Virus record (IMG/VR): IMGVR_UViG_3300037518_000230
Coordinates: 1 to 60,209 of that record
Reading direction: 5' to 3' (one strand)
Origin: a virus
Taxonomy: Duplodnaviria; Caudoviricetes
Length of the DNA stretch: 60,209 nt
In this document: in pieces, positions 20,077 to 30,364 of the stretch
Numbering within the stretch: the first letter of the stretch is position 1
How the letters are laid out: every line of letters starts with the position of its first letter
The notes under the pieces: model-generated
The model's input: the letters and a program-made list of their open reading frames with translations, nothing else
Told to the model about the DNA's origin: nothing
Database searches by the model: none
Position numbers and translations under genes: made by a program

Positions 20077-22451
20077 CTGGCATCCCTCAATATCTCTCGA
20101 AACACACGCTCGGCACGAGCAAAGAATACCGCCTCGTCGATGCGATCGTAGAACTGATTATTCATATTGACTTCGAACCGATTGCCTTCTGATACCGCTT
20201 CTTGAGCCATCATCGGAGCGAGAAGAAGCTGAGGATCGATAACCGGCCGTACAGTCTGGCTCATGCTCGCCGGAGCACTAGCTCCCGCCGATACGACCCC
20301 TTCCGATACTTGGCGCACTTCGGCGACGGGGAGCCCAGAAAGACTAGCTAAACCCTGTTGAAAACCACGCATAATATCTTCACCAAAGTCTATGAATACC
20401 TTCGATGGTGATCCGAAGTTGAAAATATCCTGTGCCACCTTTACGATATCTTCAAGAATATCTTTAAGTGTTTTTAAGACTTCGTTTGCCTTATCCTTGA
20501 TACCCTGTGCTAGACCCTCAATCAGATCACTACCAGCCTGAACAAAATCCGAAACCTTATCTTTGATAATATCAACGATCGCCGCAACGATCGTTACAAA
20601 GAGGTCCCAATTCGTTTTCCATTGCTCGACAATCGATTGCCAATCTGTACCGAGAAAGCCCGCTACGAAATCGGCGAAGGCAAGGAGAATATTCGGGATC
20701 GTGTCTTCGAGAAGGTTCCTGACAAACTCTTTTGCCCCTTCCCAGGCTCCCTCCCAGTCACCGCCTAGTATGTTGATGACGACATCGGCGAGATTGAGAA
20801 CTGCGTCGATCAGGCCGCCTAAGATCGCCTCGATTATAGGAACGGCACGTTCGATTGCCGGGAGAAGCGTCTCTTCGAAGAAGGTAGCGATATTCTCGAC
20901 CGCCGCCTGAATCTCAGGCCCGTGATCGACGAACCATTGACTGATCTTCTGGAACTGCTCGACAAGGAACGGAACGACTTCATCGGCGATATGCTGGAAC
21001 GTCTCGGCGATCGCCCCGAAGACATCCTCGGCGATCTGCTGAAAGAACGGCCCGTTCTCCTCCCAGAATAAGAGGAGATCATCGAACCCCTTTTGAATGC
21101 CTAGTATTGCAAACATGAGCTCCGGAGGAATGAGGTTGGCAAGCGTCATATCCCCGGACGTAAAGCGCCCGATAAGAGAGACGACATTCTCTAGCGCCGG
21201 AGCAAGCACCCGTTCGAAGATATCCTTCGCAAGCTCGCCAAAGGCGTCGATTAGAGGTCGTGCGACTTGAAGCATATCGTTAAGCGCCGGAAGGAGAAGA
21301 TCACCGATCGAGAAGGCGACGTCTCGCATCGTGTTTTTGAAAATCTCGATCTGCGATTCGGTTGTAGCGTAGCGCTTAGCGGCCTCTTCCGTCAACGCCG
21401 TACCGTCTTCGAAGGCTTCATTCGACGTAGCAATCGCACGCGCTAAATCATCGCCAGACCCAGCCAGAGATAAGAAACTTCGAGTAAGGCGCGCATCGGA
21501 AAGTCCGAGATCGGAAAGAATAGTAATCGCATCTTCGCCTGCCACACCGAGCCCCTCGACAAAGCGCGTAAAGGCGACGTCGGCGTCATTCTCCCACACA
21601 TCGGCAAACTCTTCAGCCGATAGTCCGGCTACTTCAGCGAACTTAGCGAGGCTGTCGTTCCCGGTTGCCACGGCCTCGGTCATCTCTAGCAAAACTTTCT
21701 GAACCGACGTACCACCCGCCGCTGCCTCGACACCGACCTGTGCCAGGGCAGTACCAATACCGAGGATATCGGCCTGAGAAAGACCGGCGATTCTACCAGC
21801 ACCAGCGATGTTCGCTGCGAAGTCTAAAATCTGTACTTCGTTCGTAGCAAAGTTATTGCCGAGTTCGACGACCGCGGCCCCAACCCGCGCCGTACTATCT
21901 GACATATCCTCGGCTGAGACTTGGTAGATGTTTCCGAGTTGCGCCAGTGCTGTTGCTGCTTCTTCGGTGGTTAGGTTTGTAGAAACTCCGAGTGCGGCGA
22001 TCGTCTCGGTAAACCCTAGTAACGCTTCCTGCGGAACGCCCAACTGACCAGCGATCTCGCCAATACCAAGAAGCTCCTCGACGGCGATCGGAACTTCCTT
22101 CGCAAGATCACGAAAACCCTGGCGCAGTTCAGCACCGACCTGTGTAAGCTCGCCGCTGCTATCGACGAGCCCATCGGTCGTTTTGATAACGCCTGCAAAG
22201 GCGCTCTCAAGCGAGATCGCGTTCGTAACTCCGATCGCTCCGATCCCAACGAGAGCCCCTGCCGCCGCCGCACCGAGCCCGATAAAGGCGAGTGTACCGG
22301 CCTTCGCGAAAGAGCCGATCGCCCCGGCCATGCCGGAGCTCGCCCGGTCGGTTGCACGCGAAGCGTCACCAAGCGCGTTCTGATATTGAGAGAAGCCGCG
22401 CCGAAACGCTTCGGTTTTGAAGACAGCCTCAAGACCGATTTGTTCAGCCAT
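20073..22451 (-). CDS. Tape measure protein (TP901-like)
   Basis: ESAFAGVIKT, LGNNFATNE, EAAAGGTSVQK, EEAAKRYAT, GSPSKVF. Confidence 0.93.
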   Translation of the reverse strand: MAEQIGLEAVFKTEAFRRGFSQYQNALGDASRATDRASSGMAGAIGSFAKAGTLAFIGLGAAAAGALVGIGAIGVTNAISLESAFAGVIKTTDGLVDSSGELTQVGAELRQGFRDLAKEVPIAVEELLGIGEIAGQLGVPQEALLGFTETIAALGVSTNLTTEEAATALAQLGNIYQVSAEDMSDSTARVGAAVVELGNNFATNEVQILDFAANIAGAGRIAGLSQADILGIGTALAQVGVEAAAGGTSVQKVLLEMTEAVATGNDSLAKFAEVAGLSAEEFADVWENDADVAFTRFVEGLGVAGEDAITILSDLGLSDARLTRSFLSLAGSGDDLARAIATSNEAFEDGTALTEEAAKRYATTESQIEIFKNTMRDVAFSIGDLLLPALNDMLQVARPLIDAFGELAKDIFERVLAPALENVVSLIGRFTSGDMTLANLIPPELMFAILGIQKGFDDLLLFWEENGPFFQQIAEDVFGAIAETFQHIADEVVPFLVEQFQKISQWFVDHGPEIQAAVENIATFFEETLLPAIERAVPIIEAILGGLIDAVLNLADVVINILGGDWEGAWEGAKEFVRNLLEDTIPNILLAFADFVAGFLGTDWQSIVEQWKTNWDLFVTIVAAIVDIIKDKVSDFVQAGSDLIEGLAQGIKDKANEVLKTLKDILEDIVKVAQDIFNFGSPSKVFIDFGEDIMRGFQQGLASLSGLPVAEVRQVSEGVVSAGASAPASMSQTVRPVIDPQLLLAPMMAQEAVSEGNRFEVNMNNQFYDRIDEAVFFARAERVFREILRDAR

Positions 22452-22752
22452 TTTTTACCTTAGCTTTATGCCGGGCCCGGTCGATCGCCCGTTGCTGCTC
22501 GTCGGCATGAATAGCGCTCATTCTGGATCTCGCTCTCATATAAGCGATCATGGTCCATCGATCTTCGTCACTCGAAGCCCAGAACTCAGAAGGCTTCATG
22601 TTCCAGTAGTGCGCGGCGTCGATATCTTCGAATAGAGAGTTATAGCTCCATCCACTACTCGGAAGGCTCGCCGTCCACTCCTGGGCCTTCCGGCCCTTCC
22701 AGTAGAGATCGAAAGGAACTCTCGATCTTGTCGATCGCCTCCCCTCGAACAC
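22444..22752 (-). CDS. Tail assembly chaperone, frameshift (GT) portion
   Basis: Overlaps the upstream chaperone in the +1 frame; AAHYWNMKPSEFW; precedes the tape measure. Confidence 0.7.
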   Translation of the reverse strand: MFEGRRSTRSRVPFDLYWKGRKAQEWTASLPSSGWSYNSLFEDIDAAHYWNMKPSEFWASSDEDRWTMIAYMRARSRMSAIHADEQQRAIDRARHKAKVKNG

Positions 22753-23320
22753 CGGATAGCTTCATAAGCTCGACGGTAACTTCGAGCATATCCCGCAATG
22801 ACTTCAGGACTTCCGTCTCGATATACAGGATCTTGAGATCGGTTTTGTTATCCGGTATATCGAGACCCAGTATTTCGAGCTCTTCGATCCAATCTGTCTC
22901 TTCAGGGAGCTCGATATCGATCCCCTTGAAAAGCATCGCTCTGGTCTGAAGGCGCATCGCATCAGCGTTCGCCTCATCGAGCTCTTTCTTGTACTTCTCC
23001 CAGGCTCGCTTGTTCTGCCGGGTTGCTTCTTCGTCATCCTCGACTTCGAGGGTCGTCTCGTCGTGATCGTACTCCTCGACGTCTCCGGATGCGAGCTCGA
23101 CTTTATAGGTGGGCGGCTTAGGAAATTCGATAGCACGGGTGATCTGTGTGAGAAGGTTCGAGCTAACATGCTTGAGGCGAAGCTCCATCCCCTCCTCGGT
23201 GATATAAACTTTCTCTTTAGTTTCCATACTAGGCTTGCTCCCGTTATCGCGAGCGATGAGAACCAGCGGTTCGCTGGCCGGGAGCTGCCCTTCCCCGCTG
23301 GCTCCCATCGCGACTGTCAT
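22655..23320 (-). CDS. Tail assembly chaperone (G)
   Basis: Between tail tube and tape measure; TCC TTT CGA near the 3' end. Confidence 0.7.
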   Translation of the reverse strand: MTVAMGASGEGQLPASEPLVLIARDNGSKPSMETKEKVYITEEGMELRLKHVSSNLLTQITRAIEFPKPPTYKVELASGDVEEYDHDETTLEVEDDEEATRQNKRAWEKYKKELDEANADAMRLQTRAMLFKGIDIELPEETDWIEELEILGLDIPDNKTDLKILYIETEVLKSLRDMLEVTVELMKLSGVRGEAIDKIESSFRSLLEGPEGPGVDGEPSE

Positions 23321-23338
23321 AGATATTATTCGCTCCCG

Positions 23339-24829
23339 TTAGGGCAGGGCCTTCAGAACAAAGGCCGTCCCTCCTTGAGGTTCGCCGACGGCATAGATCA
23401 GTTGCGAAGAGCAGATCACAAGCGAGTTCAGCCCAGCGTTCGAGGGCGTCACAACCGCCTGCCAATCATAGCCGCCATTGTTAGTGTAATAGAGCGTTCC
23501 GACGGGCCCGGCTGTGTTGTGAAGAAGCGCCCCTTGAAGCTCATTGATGAACTGGATCGCGGTGATCGTTCCGGTATCACTTGCCCCGGCGATATCGCGT
23601 TCGGTCCAGGTTGTGCCGCCGTCCTTCGTGAAGTAGAGAGAGGCCGCAGCGTCACCGACCCACGCATGGCTATCGGAGAGCACCTCGACACTCAGGATAT
23701 TTGCGCCGCCGCCGGTAGCAGATACCGCGCTCCATGTGTCGCCGCCGTCGAGCGTTCGAACGATCACATCGCTGTTCGCGACCGCATACCCGTTGCTATC
23801 ATCGGAGAAGCTAACACCCTGATAATCTTCGGTTGTGAGGACCGCGCTCTCCTGAGCCGTCCAGGTTGCGCCGCCGTCGGAGGAGAAATAAATATACCCG
23901 CCGGAAGTGACGGCCCATACATGATTGTAGTCGAGCGCAAAGATCGCATCTTTACCGCCGACGAAATACTGGCCCAGAACCGCGCCGACATCGACGAGCG
24001 TCCAGGTTGCCCCGCTGTCGTCGCTATAGGCGATCTCGGCCGGATTGCCTGCATCGGTCGTGCCACGCCCAACGATAATCCGGGTCGTGTTCTTGTCGAT
24101 CGAGAAGCACGCGATACCCCGGATGTCTTCTGCAGCGGCGAACGGATTCGCCGCTGTCTCCGTCCAGGTAGCGCCACCGTCGGTTGTAACAAGCACATTC
24201 GCAACATTCGAGGGAGAACCCCCGGCGGCGTCTCCGATCGCATACATGATGTCACAGGGCTCTTGATCGTCGCCACAGTCGCCCGCGCAGCGAAGATCAC
24301 CACAGGCCACAACTCCGTTGAGTGCTTCCGTCTCGGAGACAGACTGACGCGCCCCCTGAAGATTGAAGCCGAGCAGAAGCTCTTGAGCGCTGATCGCGAA
24401 CTCCTGCATGGAGCGATCCTGATTGTCGGGATCGCGTGCGACCTGATTGCTGCGCGTGATCGACGTGATATCAGCCTTGTTGAGAATGAAGGTCCGATCG
24501 TAATTCCTGAAAACGTCTGTGCGCCCGCACGAAATCTTATGAACATAGATCGGAACCGGACATCGGATCGTCTCAAGATAATCGGCCTTCTTGAGCGTAT
24601 CGGCGGTGATCGCTGTCGTTACCGGGCCCGGCGCACCCTTAAAGGAGCCGATCACCCGAAAGGCATTCGGCCGGGATGGATCAGGACAGAAGAGGAGCGT
24701 CACATCCCCGCGCGGCTCTTCGAGATCGCCGAGCATGTGACATCCCATATAGGCCGGTGCAGTATTCGGGCCACTAGGCTGCAAGAACAGAGCACCGTTT
24801 CCGGCGAGGTAGTGGATAGGTTCGGTCAT
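23339..24829 (-). CDS. Major tail (tube) protein with C-terminal BNR/Asp-box beta-propeller
   Basis: Position; repeated S/TxDGGxTW motifs. Confidence 0.75.
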   Translation of the reverse strand: MTEPIHYLAGNGALFLQPSGPNTAPAYMGCHMLGDLEEPRGDVTLLFCPDPSRPNAFRVIGSFKGAPGPVTTAITADTLKKADYLETIRCPVPIYVHKISCGRTDVFRNYDRTFILNKADITSITRSNQVARDPDNQDRSMQEFAISAQELLLGFNLQGARQSVSETEALNGVVACGDLRCAGDCGDDQEPCDIMYAIGDAAGGSPSNVANVLVTTDGGATWTETAANPFAAAEDIRGIACFSIDKNTTRIIVGRGTTDAGNPAEIAYSDDSGATWTLVDVGAVLGQYFVGGKDAIFALDYNHVWAVTSGGYIYFSSDGGATWTAQESAVLTTEDYQGVSFSDDSNGYAVANSDVIVRTLDGGDTWSAVSATGGGANILSVEVLSDSHAWVGDAAASLYFTKDGGTTWTERDIAGASDTGTITAIQFINELQGALLHNTAGPVGTLYYTNNGGYDWQAVVTPSNAGLNSLVICSSQLIYAVGEPQGGTAFVLKALP

Positions 24830-25269
24830 CGAGATTCCTCCTGGTATGCTTTTGCAGCCCTTAGGATTGCCGCAAAGTCTGTTTTTAGCGCCGTCTGAAG
24901 AGCACCCATCGCGGCACTCGTGTTTTTCATAACGTCATCGCCGGTCCATAGTCCGGCTCGCCGAAGCTCGCGCGCGACATCTTCGGAAGAGGCGGTAAGA
25001 TGAATGATCTCTTCCCAGGGGAGCCCATAAGGGATCCCGGCTTCGAGAACAAAACGATCAATCATGCCTTCTTTGATCTCGCCGGTAGGAACGATCGCCC
25101 GCCGAACGTCGTCGCCGTCGATCCATTGAACCAAAGACGACTTCCCTTGAACCTTAATAACCCGGACTTGTAACCGCTCCGGCTCGACCGGCGTTTGATA
25201 CTTTAATTCTTCGGTATAGTCGTAATTCATAGGTCCCTCAAATCGCGTGATCGGATTTCTTGACAGCAC
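24826..25269 (-). CDS. Hypothetical neck/tail-region protein
   Basis: Synteny. Confidence 0.55.
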   Translation of the reverse strand: MLSRNPITRFEGPMNYDYTEELKYQTPVEPERLQVRVIKVQGKSSLVQWIDGDDVRRAIVPTGEIKEGMIDRFVLEAGIPYGLPWEEIIHLTASSEDVARELRRAGLWTGDDVMKNTSAAMGALQTALKTDFAAILRAAKAYQEESR

Positions 25270-25738
25270 GCTTCATCGCCTTCTCCATGCGCCTCTTATA
25301 ACGGCTTGACCATTTCTTCTCGATCGTCTTGCTAAAGTTCCGGGCCTTGATACCGGGGTGAATAACTTGTTTCGCATAGACGTTATCGCCACCCTTAAAC
25401 CCGGATGTCGATCCAATCACGCCCGGAGAAGTCTTCGCTCGAAAGACACCCGGAAAGCGGAGCGCTCGCGCTCGCTTAGGCCGGATAACATAAGGTCCCT
25501 TTGTACCCTCATCGACATATCCGTAGATCTCGTCATCCGTAAGAACAGCTATGGTAAGCTCGCCTCGTGACGTATCGGTTAGGGTAACGAACTGAGGCTT
25601 ATGCTTCCATGTTTGCGTCGTCTTCCGATAATCGTCGTTAATCTCCTTCGCGACCCTATTCATCTCGGCCTTCAGTTCATCGAAGAAAGCCTTATCGTTG
25701 AGACGCTTGGGTTTTATTGACTTAACAACGACGGTCAT
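25238..25738 (-). CDS. Tail completion/neck protein (HK97 gp10-like)
   Basis: YGYVDEGTKGPYVIRPK..KQVIHPGIKARNF. Confidence 0.7.
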   Translation of the reverse strand: MTVVVKSIKPKRLNDKAFFDELKAEMNRVAKEINDDYRKTTQTWKHKPQFVTLTDTSRGELTIAVLTDDEIYGYVDEGTKGPYVIRPKRARALRFPGVFRAKTSPGVIGSTSGFKGGDNVYAKQVIHPGIKARNFSKTIEKKWSSRYKRRMEKAMKRAVKKSDHAI

Positions 25739-26799
25739 AATACACTCGCCCCTTGATAGCGAAGAGCCTGTGTAAACTTCCAGGCGATCCACGCACCATC
25801 GCTCAGTCCGAATGGGCAATTGATCCGCTCGCGAGTAAGAACGTCAGGGACGTTCCGATCTCGACGCCACACCTGAATAACGAAATCGCAACCGCACGGT
25901 TCGGAAGGCATCTTCGAATGAGCAAGCCGCGTAACGGTATCTTCATGCTGATAGGACACCGAAGGAAGCCCGGCTCGATAGTTGAGTAGAACCTTTTCGG
26001 GCTTCCCAGAGCAACAAAGCGCCGTCGAGCTCCATGCCCCGCTAGAGAAGTTCGCCGGAGCGATATCGAGCGCGCCCGTCTCTGCATTACGAATGTAAAT
26101 ACATCCGTCCTGCCGATAGTCGGAGCAAAGAGAACAACCACCGGAGCACGAGCATTGATGAGGCCAGATCAAAACGGCGTTCGTCGATGAATCGTTATAA
26201 ACCCGGATAACATCGACCGTCTCTTCGAAATTAGAGATGTCGTTGTAGTCCCACCCCGTCTCCGGCTGTTCGTCGGCGAGTGTCGCCTTTACCATCCGAC
26301 AGCGAGGGATACTGATGATAACGTCGCCACCGGAGCGAACCATCGCCGAAGGATGTATCTCGACCTCGGTATCGGGATGATAAACAATGATCTCATCGAT
26401 ATCGACGGCCGTAGTGACGGTAACGACAGCCGGATCAGCGGCGTGATCGACAATCGCGCCTTCTTCGATCGCCGCCGTCGCGCGTATCCCGGCCTCGATA
26501 ACCTTCTTCCAGTAGGTGTGTAAGGGCCACTTATAATAGGCCTCTTCGCTAGCAAACCACTTCGGAACCAATGGATAACTGATCTGATCCTCGATCTCCT
26601 GCTGTGCTTCGAGAAGATACTTCGAGATAAGATCACGCTCGCGCTTTGTAAAGACGCGATCACACCCACCGACTAAATCCTGATCCCGGCGAACCCCCAT
26701 AAGAAGGCACTCTGAAAGATCGGTAATCTGCGCATAGCGCGCCAGAGGAACCGCCATATAGTTGTATTCGGTAAGCGTATCCTGAGACGCTACAATCAC
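25735..26799 (-). CDS. Head-tail connector/adaptor protein
   Basis: Position; LLEAQQEIEDQISY, VLLNYRAG. Confidence 0.65.
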   Translation of the reverse strand: MIVASQDTLTEYNYMAVPLARYAQITDLSECLLMGVRRDQDLVGGCDRVFTKRERDLISKYLLEAQQEIEDQISYPLVPKWFASEEAYYKWPLHTYWKKVIEAGIRATAAIEEGAIVDHAADPAVVTVTTAVDIDEIIVYHPDTEVEIHPSAMVRSGGDVIISIPRCRMVKATLADEQPETGWDYNDISNFEETVDVIRVYNDSSTNAVLIWPHQCSCSGGCSLCSDYRQDGCIYIRNAETGALDIAPANFSSGAWSSTALCCSGKPEKVLLNYRAGLPSVSYQHEDTVTRLAHSKMPSEPCGCDFVIQVWRRDRNVPDVLTRERINCPFGLSDGAWIAWKFTQALRYQGASVL

Positions 26800-28086
26800 C
26801 GTAGCTCCCTCCAGGTCATTGATGCTAGAATTTCGGATGATCCGGCCACATCCTGACAGGCCAGCAAATATGCGATCTGGTTCCCCGCGTTATCGTGCAC
26901 CCACGGGTAACGCTGAAACTCGGCGTCGATACTAACATTCTCCCGAACAATATTGGTTGCGTTGATATACCCACTCGCAATCTGAATACCGCCCGTAAAA
27001 CTCGTCATAGTCGTGTTCTTCTGCGAGGCCGACTCGCTATCATGAGCGGCATCAGCCGCCCACGCCCCGCCGACAATAGTAGGGTTATAGATCAGGGCCC
27101 ACCGGAACGGCCCCGTCCCTGAAACCGGCGTCATATCAAGGCCTCGAATAACAAACCGGCCCCGGAAAGGAAGTGTCTTAAATGTCGTCGCCGGGCGAAC
27201 GGCTAAGATCGGCGTTAGAGTTGTATCAAAAGTCGCCGCCGTAATCCCCATATCAGAGCTAAAACGATAGCCCCGCTCCTGAACAGGACCTTGCTCGCTA
27301 ACGACCGAGCAACAAATTTGTTTTAGGGTTGCTTCACCCGCCGCCGCGCCATCAGCGACTATCCGGTACATAACCGGAAGGTTGGCAGTTCGCATATATA
27401 CCGTCGGAAGTACGTTCGATCCATCAAAAAAGTGAGCGTAGATAATACGTCCATCAATATAAAAACCTAAGCGTACCCGACCAACGCCAAGCCATTGAAG
27501 GTCAGGGACCATATTCTGAGAGAACTCCCAGTTAAGATTAATCCCGCTTCGTCCTAAGCCGTTAAGCGGATCTTCGTTCCAATCATCTTGATATATGACG
27601 GCGATATTCTGTGGTGTTCCGCTCGTCGAGGACCGAACGACAAAAGCAATGCGCCCGTCTCCGGTCTGTCGAAGAGAGACACCATCATCTAAGTTGCCAT
27701 ATCCGACATACTTCGCCACATTCTCGACCGGAGCAGTGAAATTAAACGTTGCGTCGAGCTTCTGACCGTTACCGGGTTGATAGCGGCTGTTGTCCTTTTG
27801 TATCCGGAGCACTGATGCGTCAGGAGTCGTATCAATCGAGAGCAGAACAGACGACTCGTTCGGAAGATGCGCCGCGCTCCCGCCCGGAGTGGTAATCGTA
27901 TTCCACAATAAGGGCGCGATATCATACTCGTGCTGTGCGTCGAATTGAAGCTGTGGCTCCGATACACGCTGTCGCATAAAGGGATCGAGAAGCCCAGATG
28001 TGTAACGACCGAAATACATCTGTTCTGCAACCGAAAGACCTAGCTCATCCCGGTTGACAATGCGTACTGGATCATTCGGAGCCATA
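26796..28086 (-). CDS. Virion structural protein, beta-rich
   Basis: RYQPG, DLQWLGVGRVRLGF, YMRTANLP; start probably MAPND. Confidence 0.6.
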
Positions 28087-28401
28087 TTGTTCTCCGTAAT
28101 ATTCAAGCAATGACTGAATAGATGCGATCCCGAACCACGTAATAAAGAACTCAATAGCGCCTTCAGGATGGGCGATCGCAGCAAGGGGAGCGGCTACCCA
28201 TAGCCCCGTACAGAAAGCGCACGAGAGCGCCTTCCCCAGTTCAGTTTGCGATCGCCCATCCCGCCCTAAGTCGTAAACACCCACGCGCCTTCGTATCCTT
28301 AGAAAGACATCGAATGGCCCTTCGTCATACACAAGAAGCTGTGTCAGGCGAAAGCACACGAGGCCTAGTATGAGAATGGGGGAAAGCGCCGGAAGGTTCA
28401 T
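28072..28401 (-). CDS. DUF1360-like membrane protein
   Basis: FRLTQLLVYDEGPF...LSCAFCTGLWVA. Confidence 0.75.
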   Translation of the reverse strand: MNLPALSPILILGLVCFRLTQLLVYDEGPFDVFLRIRRRVGVYDLGRDGRSQTELGKALSCAFCTGLWVAAPLAAIAHPEGAIEFFITWFGIASIQSLLEYYGEQYGSE

Positions 28402-30302
28402 ACAGTCTCGCTATCCTCGTCTTCGAAAAGATCGGCGATATACCCGGTGACGGTTACTCGGTCCTTCCCCGCCCTCTCAAGTCCGAGGACGTCGAAAAGA
28501 ACATCCTTCCCATAGTCCTTGCTCGAAAGCTCGGCTATCACGTCCCGTGCGTTGAGGGCTACGATCTCTCCGGCGCTCAGAAGCGCGTCAGCGGGCTCAG
28601 GAGCGATTTCCTCTGGCTCTTCGTCTTCCAGCATACCCTTATTCACTACAGTCGCTTCAGGAACCGCCTGAGGCGCTTTAACCTTGTACGGTTTGAAGAC
28701 CTTGCGCCGCTGCTCGTATAGTTCGAGCATTGCTGTTTCGTCTTCCCGCTCGACATAGATCACGCGCCGATTTCCACCGGCGACATACCGGGTTCCCGTT
28801 ACAGGCCCGAAATAGCTTTGCGATCCCGCGTTCAATCCGACATACTCGATCAATACCATTCCCTTCTTGCCAGCAAAGGCCGTCTGTGCTCCTTGAGTGC
28901 TTGAAGCAGTCGCCTTCTTGCTTGAAGTTCGTCTTCCTCCACAGCATCCCATGGGTCTATCTCCTGCATAGATATTCGGGTAAAGGCCGATCAACTTCTC
29001 CAAAAACTTTTGGTGATGGTGAGGAGTTGTGTTGGTCAGCGTTCGGTTTTGTCCTTCGCGCCGGTAGAGATATCCGGCATACTCAATGTGCTTCCCGCAA
29101 TACCCGTTGATCCCTAGCGCGATATTGAAGGCCCAGTCCTCCCGACCTCGATCGAAGATCTCCGGGTAACGCCCGGACTTCTCCCAGGCGTCCTTCGAAA
29201 ACATGATCCCGGCGTGCATGTGGTTCTTATAAATAAGAAGCTCGAAGTCATACGTTCTCATCGGCCAATACTTCGATCGCTTGCCATTGGTGACTATACG
29301 CATATCGTCGTAGATCACCCGCTTTGGGTCGGCCGAGATTGCCTCGAAGAGACGGCGTAGGCGATCGGGCTCCATCATATCGTCGGCGTCGATCCGGGTA
29401 ATAAAGCGCCCGTAAGAATTCTTGATCGCCGTGTTGATTGTCGCCGCCGAGCCGAGATTGTAAGGGTGCCGGTAGCAACGGATCCCTTTCCATGGATCGG
29501 CTACCCTCTCGCAATGCTGCCAGCTTTTATCCGGGCTCGCGTCATCGACTATAACGACCTCGAACGACTTGAAGCTCTGAGCCGGAGCACCTCCAAGCGA
29601 TGTCGCGCCACCCAAGAGCGTTCCGAGAAGGTCGTCGAGATAGCGCCCGTGCTTGTAGCATGGAACGACGACCGAAACGAGCGGCGGTGTCCGGACCAGC
29701 CACGAGCGCTTCTCCGGCATTCGCTTCAGGAGCGTCGATATACCGGAACCGTAAGAAGCCTTTGCTTCGTCCCGCTGATGATGGAAGCCCGGAACCGGCT
29801 TGACCGGAAGCGCTTCATACCCGGCTCGACAAATCTCTAGTTGCCATTGAGCCGTAGCGCCCCATAGCGGGAAGTTCTCCTCGTCGAAAGCCCCTACTTT
29901 TCGGATCGCATCGCGGCGCATATACATGAAGGTTCCCTGCACATAGCCGTTCGGCCATGCCGGATGCGCCATTACCCCGTCGCCGATCGTCGCATATCGA
30001 GAGCGGTTACTCTCGATAAGATCGAGCCACTCGATCCCTTCGAGCCAGACATCCTGATTGAGAATAAGGACATCCGTCGCACACTCGGCGATCCCGCGGT
30101 TACACGCTCCGGAGAAGTACCCCTTCTCGTCGAGGCGTAGAGTTCGGATGCTTCGGTTGTAAAGGTTCGGGTCCAACGTCAACGGCTGATCGCTCTGATC
30201 GTCAACGATGATTATCGGTAACTCTTCAGGGATCGAAGCGATCAGCCGCTCGATAGCATGATGTCCGTTGAAAAACGGAACTACGATTGTTAGATTCTCC
30301 AT
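28398..30302 (-). CDS. Tandem GT2 glycosyltransferase fused in frame to a C-terminal MGCCGG domain
   Basis: IVVPFFN..IIVDDQS and VVVPCYK..IVDDASPD..RIDADD; internal AGGAG RBS and ATG at 28952. Confidence 0.88.
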   Translation of the reverse strand: MENLTIVVPFFNGHHAIERLIASIPEELPIIIVDDQSDQPLTLDPNLYNRSIRTLRLDEKGYFSGACNRGIAECATDVLILNQDVWLEGIEWLDLIESNRSRYATIGDGVMAHPAWPNGYVQGTFMYMRRDAIRKVGAFDEENFPLWGATAQWQLEICRAGYEALPVKPVPGFHHQRDEAKASYGSGISTLLKRMPEKRSWLVRTPPLVSVVVPCYKHGRYLDDLLGTLLGGATSLGGAPAQSFKSFEVVIVDDASPDKSWQHCERVADPWKGIRCYRHPYNLGSAATINTAIKNSYGRFITRIDADDMMEPDRLRRLFEAISADPKRVIYDDMRIVTNGKRSKYWPMRTYDFELLIYKNHMHAGIMFSKDAWEKSGRYPEIFDRGREDWAFNIALGINGYCGKHIEYAGYLYRREGQNRTLTNTTPHHHQKFLEKLIGLYPNIYAGDRPMGCCGGRRTSSKKATASSTQGAQTAFAGKKGMVLIEYVGLNAGSQSYFGPVTGTRYVAGGNRRVIYVEREDETAMLELYEQRRKVFKPYKVKAPQAVPEATVVNKGMLEDEEPEEIAPEPADALLSAGEIVALNARDVIAELSSKDYGKDVLFDVLGLERAGKDRVTVTGYIADLFEDEDSETV

Positions 30303-30318
30303 CCGTTTTGCTCCCGGC

Positions 30319-30350
30319 GGGTGAGGTTGGCCCTTCCACCAACCTCACCC
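30319..30350 (-). terminator. Hairpin after the major capsid gene
   Basis: gggtgaggttgg...ccaacctcaccc. Confidence 0.65.
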
Positions 30351-30364
30351 TATGGAGGAGAACA

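Noticed and set aside
23063-24898. 611-aa plus-strand ORF
   Set aside because: Antisense shadow of the tail tube gene with no recognisable motifs.
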